12,005 bases of DNA from Octopus sinensis (taxonomy: Eukaryota), in assembly GCF_006345805.1 (NCBI RefSeq), contig NW_021826837.1, positions 1 to 12,005 of the forward strand, given 5' to 3'. Position 1 is the first letter of the stretch. Each line of letters begins with the position of its first letter. The translations under genes and the position numbers were made by a program. The notes under the pieces were generated by a model. The model saw only the letters and a list, made by a program, of their open reading frames with translations, was not told the DNA's origin and ran no database searches. Shown here piece by piece: positions 1 to 7,405 of this stretch.

Positions 1-64
1 CGAAACACTGGGAATAGATTACAAAAGATATATATACGTTTGTGAGTTTATGTGTGTCTTATAT

Positions 65-75
65 GCACACACACA

Positions 76-113
<38 letters not shown>
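65..113. repeat. (CA)n microsatellite, interrupted
   Basis: Direct reading of CA dinucleotide run. Confidence 0.95.
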
Positions 114-115
<2 letters not shown>

Positions 116-184
116 ATACACCCATACACACACATATATAAGTGTGTGTATACTTATATGCATTTAGATGTACGCAATTACGTA

Positions 185-348
185 CATATATGTATGGAAT
201 GACATATATTTGCTTATATATATATATGTATGTATGTATATATATAGGTATATATACGTATATATAAGTATATATATATGTATATATATGAATATATAAA
301 TAGGTACACTCTCCCACATACATATACCTATATACATATGCATAAACA

Positions 349-388
<40 letters not shown>
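185..388. repeat. Degenerate (TA)n/(TATG)n low-complexity tract
   Basis: TA-dominated run with scattered G/C; source of the I/Y-rich ORFs 114..389 and 164..349. Confidence 0.9.
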
Positions 389-476
389 TGTACTAGCGTA
401 ATTGGCCGATCAGAGGTGGATAGACGAATTGATAAAAATGTATGCAGTTGAAAATCTTGTTATACCTAGTAAAATA

Positions 477-863
477 TTCTTTTATTTGTTTCAGTCATTT
501 GAGTGCGGCCATGCTGGAGCCCCTCCTTTAATCGAGCAAATAACCCCAGTATTTATTCTTTGTAAGCCTAGTACTTATTCTATCGGGTTTCTTTTACCGA
601 ACTGCTAAGTGACGGCCACGTAAATACACCAACATTCGTTGCTAAGCGATAGCGGAGGACAAACACAGACACACAAATATACACACAAACATATATATAT
701 GTACGATGGGCTTCTTTTAGTTTCCGTCTTCCAAATCCACTCACAAGATTTTGGTCAGCCCGAGGCTGCAACAGAAGACACTTGCCCAAGGTGCCATGCA
801 GTGGGACTGAACCCGGAACCATGTGGTTGGTTAGCAACCTACTTACCACGCAGTCACTCCTGT
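477..863 (-). mobile_element. SINE family A, near full-length, diverged copy
   Basis: Reverse complement aligns end to end with the + copies at 1478 and 4576: head (caggagtgactgcgtggtaag...ggttccgggttcagtccc), CORE-like cttgggcaagtgtcttct, internal (TA/TG) tract, and tail ending ...atgactgaaacaaataaaagaa. Confidence 0.9.
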
Positions 864-911
864 TTTTATACATATGTATCTCTGCGCGTGTTTCATATTG
901 GCGTGTGTGTA

Positions 912-951
912 TAAGTATGTATATGTATGTATATGTATATATATATATATA

Positions 952-990
<39 letters not shown>
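912..990. repeat. Compound (TATG)/(TA)n/(TG)n microsatellite
   Basis: Direct reading. Confidence 0.9.
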
Positions 991-992
<2 letters not shown>

Positions 993-1125
993 TGTATCTA
1001 TGTGTGTGTAAGTATGCCTAAGTACATTATGTATATGGAGTAGTCATGTATGTATGTGGGTATGTATGTGCGTCAGTAGGCATCTGTATAAGACTATATG
1101 TATGTATATGTATGTATATGAATAT

Positions 1126-1340
1126 TTCTTTTATTTGTTTCAGTGATTGGACTGCGGCCGTGCTGGAGCATCGCTCTTAGTCGAACAAATGGACCCGAGG
1201 ACTTATTCTTTGTAAGACTAGTACTTATTCTATCGGGTTTCTTTTGCCGTACCGCTGATGTTACGGGAACGTAAACACACCAACATCGGTTGTCAAGCGA
1301 TGCTGAACTGCAACACACACACACAACACACACACACACA
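1126..1340 (-). mobile_element. SINE family A, 5'-truncated (3' half only)
   Basis: Matches the 3' half of the 4576 copy in reverse (gcttgacaaccgatgttggtgtgtttacgt...gatagaataagtact...gctccagcacggccgcagt); stops inside the internal (CA)n tract. Confidence 0.85.
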
Positions 1341-1477
1341 TCGACAGTTTAACATAATAGCAACGTTATGTATTCATTGCCGTCATTATTATAATATCCT
1401 CATCTAGGCCTTCATGGTTGTTATGATGATAGCCATAACTTTCATTTCGACTCTGTATAAATCTATACATATATACA

Positions 1478-1914
1478 GGCGCAGGAGTGGCTGTGTGATA
1501 GAGCAGCTTGCTTACCAACCACATGGTTCTGGGTTCAGTCCCACTGCGTGGCATCTTGGTCAAGTGTCTTCTGCTATAGCCTCGGGCCGACCAATGCCTT
1601 GTGAGTGGATTTGGTAGACGGAAACTGAAAGAAGCCTGTCGTATATTTTATATATATATATATATATATATGTGTGTATGTATGTGTGTGTATATGTTTG
1701 TGTGTCTGTGTTTGTCCCTCTAGCATTGCTTGGCAACCGATGCTGGTGTGTTTACGTCACTTAGCAGTTCGGCAAAAGAGACCAATAGAATAAGTACTGG
1801 GCTTACAAAGAATAAGTCCCGGAGTCGATTTGCTCGATCGACTAAAGGTGGTGCTCCAGCATGGCCACAGTCAATTGACTGAAACAAGTAAAAGAGTAAA
1901 AGAGTAAAAGAGAG
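1478..1914 (+). mobile_element. SINE family A, full-length (tRNA-derived head, CORE-like segment, internal microsatellite, tandem-repeat tail)
   Basis: Starts GGCGCAGGAG. A-box-like TGGCTGTGTGA, B-box-like GGTTCAGTCCC; GCGCAG/CTGCGT acceptor-like pairing; ATCTTGGTCAAGTGTCTTCT resembles the CORE-SINE motif; tail of (GTAAAAGA)-type repeats. Reminiscent of octopus tRNA-derived SINEs (OK/OR1/OR2); exact family not assigned. Confidence 0.9.
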
Positions 1915-2020
1915 TATATATGATTGCCATCTGAATCTTCCCCGTTTTATGACCTGTTAATTAACGATCATTATGCGTTTCATTATGTTCGGTCTCAAAT
2001 GTATTTGTAATATACATCTA

Positions 2021-2417
2021 TCTATATATATAAAACTGTAGTTGTATGAGTGTCTGTCTCCTACGATTTAGATTCCTAACTACTCCCACATTTTGCGGTG
2101 CAGTTTAACCAAAACCGGATATCTTATAGTCGTGATTCATATCGAGCCCTTCTGGGTAATAGCGCGCGTCTACGATGAGTCTACGATTTTAAAAATAATT
2201 TACCATCATTCTTTTCCATTTTAAAGCATATTTTTTTTAATAAAGTGAAGTAACTCTCTAAAAATGTCTACGATGAGTCAACGATTTAAAAAAAAATTTA
2301 CCATAATTTTTTTTCCATTTTTAATGCATTTTTTGCTGTTTTTTGGCTATAACTCTCTAAAAATGCTTTATAGTTATTTCCCTTACAAACCCGAGCAACG
2401 CCGGGCGATACTGCTAG
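2021..2417 (+). mobile_element. Non-autonomous Helitron, copy 1 (397 bp)
   Basis: 5' TC end (TCTATATATATAAAA) after an A; 3' CTAG end followed by T; subterminal GC-rich hairpin CCCGAGCAACGCCGGG ending 11 nt before the end; no TSD. All are canonical Helitron hallmarks. Confidence 0.85.
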
Positions 2418-2500
2418 TAGATAATAAATTAGTCTGCGAGATTGCTTGTAAGATGAAACAAGTAAAAGATATTAAATTTTATGGTAATTAATCTTCAATC

Positions 2501-2528
2501 TTTTTTTTTTTTTTTTTTTTTTTTTTTT
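2501..2528. repeat. Poly(T) homopolymer, 28 nt
   Basis: Direct reading. Confidence 0.95.
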
Positions 2529-2579
2529 CATTGGTATAGTTAGCATATAAGAAAATTAGTCTATAAGGTATTAATTAAT

Positions 2580-2764
2580 ATTTTCTACTCAAGGTGCAAG
2601 GCTCGAAATTTTGTGGAAGGGAGCCAGTCGATTAGATCGATCCCAGTACGCAACTGGTACTTAATTTATCGACCCCGAAAGGATGAAAAGCAAAGTCAAT
2701 CTCGGCGGAATTTGAACTCAGAACGTAAAGACAGACGTGCTAACGTTTCTGCCAGCTCGCCACC
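2580..2764 (-). mobile_element. SINE family B copy with alternative 3' tail and a 27-bp head deletion
   Basis: Reverse complement gives ggtggcgagctggcagaaacgttagca...gagttcaaattccgccgag...ctttcatcctttcggggtcgataaattaagtaccag-like sequence. Degenerate TSD: taaggtattaattaat (2564-2579) vs tgaagcattaattaat (2766-2781). Confidence 0.85.
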
Positions 2765-2966
2765 CTGAAGCATTAATTAATCAGTAAAATAATTAAGATA
2801 CCAAGAAGTAAATTTATCAAATATATATTCTCGAAGGCTGTAAGTTATTTGGTCCATAAAACTATTTTATTCAGAAAGATATTTAGTATATATGGTAAAT
2901 AAGGTACAAAGGATTAAACTAGTAAGCTGCTTAGTATACAATATATTTAGAGTGTCAAAAAAAGAC

Positions 2967-3013
2967 GGCATGAAAAGTATGCGGCATGTAAAGTATGCAA
3001 CATGTAAAATATG
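2967..3013. repeat. 16-bp tandem repeat, about 3 copies
   Basis: ggcatgaaaagtatgc / ggcatgtaaagtatgc / aacatgtaaaatatg. Confidence 0.8.
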
Positions 3014-3042
3014 TTGATTAAATAGTATTTAGTGCTTTATAT

Positions 3043-3271
3043 GGCGGCGAGCTGGCAGAAACGTTAGCACGCCGGGCGAAATGCTTAGCGGTATTTCGTC
3101 TGCGTTACGTTCTGAGTTCAAATTCCGCCGAGGTCGACTTTGCCTTTCATACTTTCGGGGTCGATAAATATAGTACCAGTTACACATTGGGTCGATATAA
3201 TCGACTTAATACCTATGCCTGTCCTTGTTTGTCCCCTCTGTGTTTAGCCCCTTGTGGGTAATAAAGAAATA
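3043..3271 (+). mobile_element. SINE family B, full-length (tRNA-like head + Deu/Nin-like central domain) with 19-bp TSD
   Basis: Head 3043-3129 with GGCGG/CCGCC terminal pairing and B-box GAGTTCAAATTCC. Central gcctttcatactttcggggtcgataaat..agtaccag resembles the Deu/Nin SINE domain (GCCTTTCATCCTTCCGAGGTCGATAAAATGAGTACCAG). Perfect TSD agtatttagtgctttatat at 3024-3042 and 3272-3290. Confidence 0.92.
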
Positions 3272-3294
3272 AGTATTTAGTGCTTTATATATTA

Positions 3295-3676
3295 CTAGCA
3301 GTATCGCCCGGCGTTGCTCAGGTTTGTAAGGGAAATAACTATAAAGCATTTTTAGAGAGTTATAGCCAAAAAATAGCAAAAAAATGGGGAAAAAATTATG
3401 GTAATTTTTTTTTTATTAAAAAAGGTGGAGTTGCGTCCCCTAGACAGTTTGTGGTTTGTGTTTATGATTCTCGACCCCATGTCGAATTTATCGATTTTCT
3501 TCAGAACTGGGGGAACTTTTCAAAATTTTCGCTGCGTTAGTTTTGAATTATGACATTGGGCTATGTGCGTGTCAAGTTTCATCAGAATCGGTTGAAAGCC
3601 GTGGTCAGGGTGAGGGTACAAGCAAACAGACAGACAGAAACACGCACAGACAAACTGCCGTTTATATATAGAGAGA
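3295..3676 (-). mobile_element. Non-autonomous Helitron, copy 2 (382 bp)
   Basis: On the - strand it begins TCTCTCTATATATAAA after an A and ends ...CCTGAGCAACGCCGGGCGATACTGCTAG before a T. Last 73 bp match copy 1 with one mismatch. (CTGT)n-like seed near the 5' end, as in Lep1-type Helitrons. Confidence 0.85.
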
Positions 3677-3760
3677 TACCAGAAAGGCAAATAGTATTTC
3701 GGATATGTGGTTTAGAAAATGATTAAATTTTAGAGCATTTCTTATGCAATTAGGAATTAA

Positions 3761-3836
3761 GGCGGCGACATAGCAGAATCGTTAGCCCGCCGGGCAAAAT
3801 GCTTAGTGGTATTTCGTATGCGTTACGTTGTGAGTT
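3761..3836 (+). mobile_element. SINE family B head fragment (3'-truncated, diverged)
   Basis: ggcggcgacatagcagaatcgttagcccgccgggcaaaatgcttagtggtatttcg... aligns to 3043-3118. Confidence 0.8.
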
Positions 3837-3970
3837 ACTGGTACTTAATTTATCGACCCCGAAAGGATGAAAGGTAAAGTCGACCTCGGCGGAATTTGAA
3901 CTCAGAACGTAGCGACAGACGAAATACCGTTAAGCATTTCGCCCGGCGAGATAACGTTTCTGTCAGCTCG
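3837..3970 (-). mobile_element. SINE family B fragment (head + Deu/Nin-like domain, tail missing)
   Basis: Reverse complement aligns to about 3048-3180. Confidence 0.85.
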
Positions 3971-4017
3971 ACGGGCAAAATACCACTAAGCACTTTAATA
4001 CGGCATGCTAACGATTA
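3971..4017 (-). mobile_element. Older SINE family B head fragment
   Basis: Reverse complement aatcgttagcatgccgtattaaagtgcttagtggtattttgcccgt resembles the family B head. Confidence 0.6.
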
Positions 4018-4032
4018 TATTTAGTCTTTAAA

Positions 4033-4440
4033 GTGTGGGTGTTTGCGCATGCACGCAACTGTGTGTGTATGTGTTTGCTCTATTTTTACGGATTGTGGTA
4101 TGGGGACATTATGATGGGCAGGTATGTATATGTTCATGTCATTTTATTGTGTGTATATTTCGTTATTGCGTGTAGGTGTGTCCATGTATATGTCCATGTA
4201 CATCATGTATATCGTGTTGTGTTATTGTGGCTTTGCTGTGATATTGTAGTATGTTCGTTAAGCCTCGTATGTATATGCGTGTATTGCATGTATGAATGTC
4301 TGTATGCGTCTGCTATTTAAGTGTGTTTTTGACTGTGTTTGAGACTGCATGCGTGTTCTATTTGATTGTGTTTGTGTGTGTGTATGTGTTGTGATCAGTG
4401 TGCTTGTAAAGGTATTGCGGAAGGCGATGTCAAGGATATG
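4033..4440. repeat. Degenerate TG/TA-rich low-complexity region
   Basis: Decayed (TG)n/(TATG)n; produces the C/V/Y-rich ORFs 4033..4320 and 4349..4576. Confidence 0.65.
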
Positions 4441-4575
4441 TGTAATCTCATCACTGTACATATATTTGTGTTTAGGTTTTATGTGTGGCCAGCAAAAAAA
4501 ATTGCTTTTGAATATCAGCCAAACGGTTAAATGTGAGTTTGGGTGCATATGTGTAGTGATGTGTACGTATATATA

Positions 4576-5007
4576 GGCGCAGGAGTGGCTGTGAGGTAAG
4601 TAGCTTCCTTACCAACCACATGGTTCCGGGTTCAGTCCCACTGCGTGGCATCTTGGGCAAGTGTCTTCTGCTATAGCCCCGGGCCGACCAATGCCTTGTG
4701 AGTGGATTTGATAGACGGAAACTGAAAGAAGCCTGTCGTATATATGTATTTATATATGTATGTGTGTGTGTGGTGTGTGTGTGTGTGTGTGTGTGTTGTT
4801 TGTGTGTCTGTGTTTGTCCCTCTAGCATTGCTTGACAACCGATGCTGGTGTGTTTACGTCTCCGTCACTTAGCGGTTCGGCAAAAGAGACCGATAGAATA
4901 AGTACTGGGCTTACAAAGAATAAGTCCCGGGGTCGATTTGCTCGACTAAAGGCGGTGCTCCAGCATGGCCGCAGTCAAATGACTGAAACAAGTAAAAGAG
5001 TAAAGAG
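4576..5007 (+). mobile_element. SINE family A, full-length, young-looking copy
   Basis: Same architecture as the 1478 copy and highly similar to it by eye; internal (TA)/(TG)n at about 4740-4810; tail gtaaaagagtaaagag; TA-rich flanks. Confidence 0.92.
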
Positions 5008-5039
5008 TATATGAGCGTCTTGTGTGTTTGAGGTGACGA

Positions 5040-5925
5040 TGTGCTTGTTAAAGAAAAGGAGTATACAAGCTGAGTTCGAGGAGCGAGAATTTGAAGGAGG
5101 AAAGTGAGTTTCGTTCACGTTGGAGCCTGCGAACTCAGAAAAATACCGCATGGAATGTCCTACAGAAATGTCATGCATCGGAGGAAAGGAGTTATTACGA
5201 AGATGAGTGTTTCACTTATGTTTGACGAATCTGTGGGACAATTTTGATTTGTATGTGTGGCCTATAAGAACTTGTAGGTAGAAATTTTTGTGAAGTAAGT
5301 GACATTAAGAGAAGAGTACGTAAAGGTATCAGGTATTTGGAAAGATGGTAGTTAGTTCCGGTAAGGAGAGTGATGTTGGAGAAAAGTAAAACGTATGGCA
5401 GCAGGAATGAATGCGGGTGGAAGGATGGGATTCAGAATGGGTGACGAGATAAAGAGTAAGCTACAAACGAGTAGATCACTCTAATTATAATGATGTCTAA
5501 AAGAGTAGATTGCGAAAATTTTGGAAGATTGGAAGTGAATTATAAAATGCAGAAAACGCTCAGAATAATGTAGTTAGTCGTAAGAGAAACAGAAAGACAG
5601 GCGTCTGTAGGTGGGTTAATGTGGCAGGAAAAGGTGGAAGCACGGTTGCCTTGACGACTTCGGATAAGGACAGCCTGGAGCTGGGTGGAATATATTCACC
5701 ACGAGTAAAATTTTGGATCCTGCATTAAAATTTATGTCTCCAAATCAGGGTGGCATCTACAAAAACACTGGAGCAGGAGAAATTGAAATCCAGAAATTCG
5801 GTGTTTGGTATGGGTGGTGTCGAAGTACATGAATTAGATGAAAATACCGAGGGATGATGAGGCTGAGGGAGACTGCCTGAGAGCAACAGAGATGTTCGAA
5901 AAGTAAACTGAGGTTTCAGAAATAT
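5040..5925 (-). mobile_element. Highly decayed Penelope-like element (RT C-terminus/thumb + GIY-YIG endonuclease), family 1
   Basis: Manual - strand translation across frames gives ordered PLE-like blocks: ISETSVYFSNISV (cf. IS.TSV.FLD), HTKHRISGFQFLLLQCFCRCHPDLET*ILM (cf. HTK.SIPYSQFLRLRR.CS...FE), AVLIRSRQGNRAS, YSFRHHYN*SDLLV (cf. SFRR..NLRDLLV), PDTFTYSSLNVTY (cf. FTC.S.N.IY), LIGHT..KLSHRFVKH (cf. YIGET.R.L..RF.EH), LTFLLQILAP (cf. LIF.L...AP.GLN). Many stops and frameshifts. Confidence 0.75.
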
Positions 5926-6260
5926 TTAATACATAAAGGAAATATTTGATTTATATATTTGGACGGTTGATTGTAAGCTCCGGTTAATAGACCACAGTTT
6001 TGTACATGCACACTGTCACGTTTTATATAGAAGAAAATTATGAGGTTTTATGATTTTATGTTTTTTTTTGCCGATTTTTGTAATTCCAGGATCAAAATTT
6101 GAACCATTCTTCAACTTCTTAGATTTAGCAATTCTACCGAAAATTGGTAGCATTTTTTGTAGTTATTTTTTCTGAAGCCAATTTTGCAAAATATAATGAA
6201 ATTATGTAGGTATATTTATTTTAGACTTCAATGAACGTCAGTAAGGTGCAGGTACCCTCG

Positions 6261-6261
<1 letters not shown>

Positions 6262-6292
<31 letters not shown>
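6262..6292. repeat. (TG)n microsatellite
   Basis: Direct reading. Confidence 0.95.
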
Positions 6293-6298
<6 letters not shown>

Positions 6299-6510
6299 TA
6301 TTCACTCATATATATAAATTAGGTCTTTAATCTTCACCTATATTTAACCATGCGGAACCCACACGCACATAGTCTTTGAAGACATATTTATGTGAATGAT
6401 TAAATATATGTGTGTTTACATACAAACAGATATATGTGTGTGTGGGTGTGTATACATATATCTATACGTGTATTATATTATATTACTATGTATATGTGAT
6501 GTGTGTACAA

Positions 6511-6618
<108 letters not shown>

Positions 6619-6840
6619 GGATGAATACTTTCACGTTTCGTTCGAATCTGCTCTTTCATCTTATAACCGTCATCATCATCTTCATCAACACCAACATTAT
6701 CAGCTTGATAGGAATTGTGTTACACTTGAAACTCCCGTCCCTTGAGTTACTTTCAAGCATTTTGCTGGTGGAAAATATTACCACAGTTATCATGCGTTGA
6801 GTACTATCTCTTACATTTGTTATATATATTTATATATATA

Positions 6841-7035
6841 TCATTCGCCATGATAGATCGCTAGCCACCACACATTCTTTATTTTCTCTGCTTGCTTCTT
6901 TCTGTGGAAGAGTGTAGGCTCGAAACGTTAAAGACTTTTTCACTTCCCGAGCGTTATACTAATACATGTTTGTTGTCTACACCACCTGTCTTCGTTTTTT
7001 TATTTTTTGTTTTTGTTTGTGTGTGAATTCTCCCC
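6841..7035 (+). mobile_element. Short PLE terminal repeat (solo pseudo-LTR / retrozyme-like insert) within a (TA)n tract
   Basis: 195 bp of complex sequence flanked by (TA)n on both sides (6821-6840, 7036-7062); carries a hammerhead-type motif and a T-rich 3' part, as PLE terminal repeats do. Parent family not shown. Confidence 0.6.
6897..6934 (+). ncRNA. Minimal type I hammerhead ribozyme-like motif (core variant CUGUGGA)
   Basis: Stem I UCUUU(6897-6901)/AAAGA(6930-6934); core CUGUGGA+A; stem II GAGU/GCUC with GUAG loop; GAAA; palindromic AACGUU helix III; predicted cut GUU after 6929. Confidence 0.6.
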
Positions 7036-7128
7036 ACATATATATATGTATATATATATATACCCGGAGTGCAATAAATACAAAGTAAAATATAAAGAAA
7101 TTATGTAATGTCTTAACTGCTGTTTCAG

Positions 7129-7223
7129 GAATCCAAGAACAACATAATAATCATAATTTATGGTTGGTATTGTCAAACTTCCATGAGTATGCAAACGGTG
7201 ACCGGTCACGTAAAGATATCACA
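7129..7223 (+). CDS. Candidate internal exon of an unidentified host gene (95 nt)
   Basis: Acceptor tcttaactgctgtttcag|G, donor ACA|GTGAGT; phase-1 frame open throughout: (G)IQEQHNNHNLWLVLSNFHEYANGDRSRKDIT; phase-0 frame also open. No homology recognised. Confidence 0.38.
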
Positions 7224-7405
7224 GTGAGTCTGGCTCCCCTTTTCAAGAGAAGATTAGCAAACGCTGGGAACTCTGCCATGGATAATGAATTCGAAGTTTA
7301 GAGTTTATATCATATTCATTTAAGGACTAATATGTGTTTTTTTTTATAATGTACTTATCTAGCTATCACCTATTGACTATACATGCTTATATGTGTACAC
7401 CTATG

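Noticed and set aside
114-1021. ORFs rich in Y/I/V/C/M/H (114..389, 164..349, 782..1021 etc.)
   Set aside because: Translations of TA/TG microsatellites and SINE-A sequence; no protein-like complexity.
1478-1555. tRNA gene calls for SINE heads (also 3043-3129, 4576-4650)
   Set aside because: A/B boxes are present, but there is no clean cloverleaf and each head continues into SINE body and tail.
2264-2491. ORFs 2264..2491 and 3280..3540
   Set aside because: They lie in A/T-run-rich non-autonomous Helitron sequence; no Rep or helicase motifs.
4476-4532. 57-nt segment with good acceptor (tgtgtttag) and donor (GTGAGT)
   Set aside because: The only open frame ends in phase 1 with T, making TGA when joined to the downstream candidate exons; the other frames have stops. 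Such site pairs are expected by chance.
6090-6146. Possible 57-nt exon (GSKFEPFFNFLDLAILPKI), phase-compatible with 7129-7223
   Set aside because: Strong acceptor but poor donor (GTAGCA); no recognisable homology. Worth a look only if RNA-seq supports the 7129 exon.
6620-6720. Acidic - strand peptide ([21 protein letters not shown])
   Set aside because: Driven by a short (TCA)n repeat; stop just upstream and no convincing splice sites.
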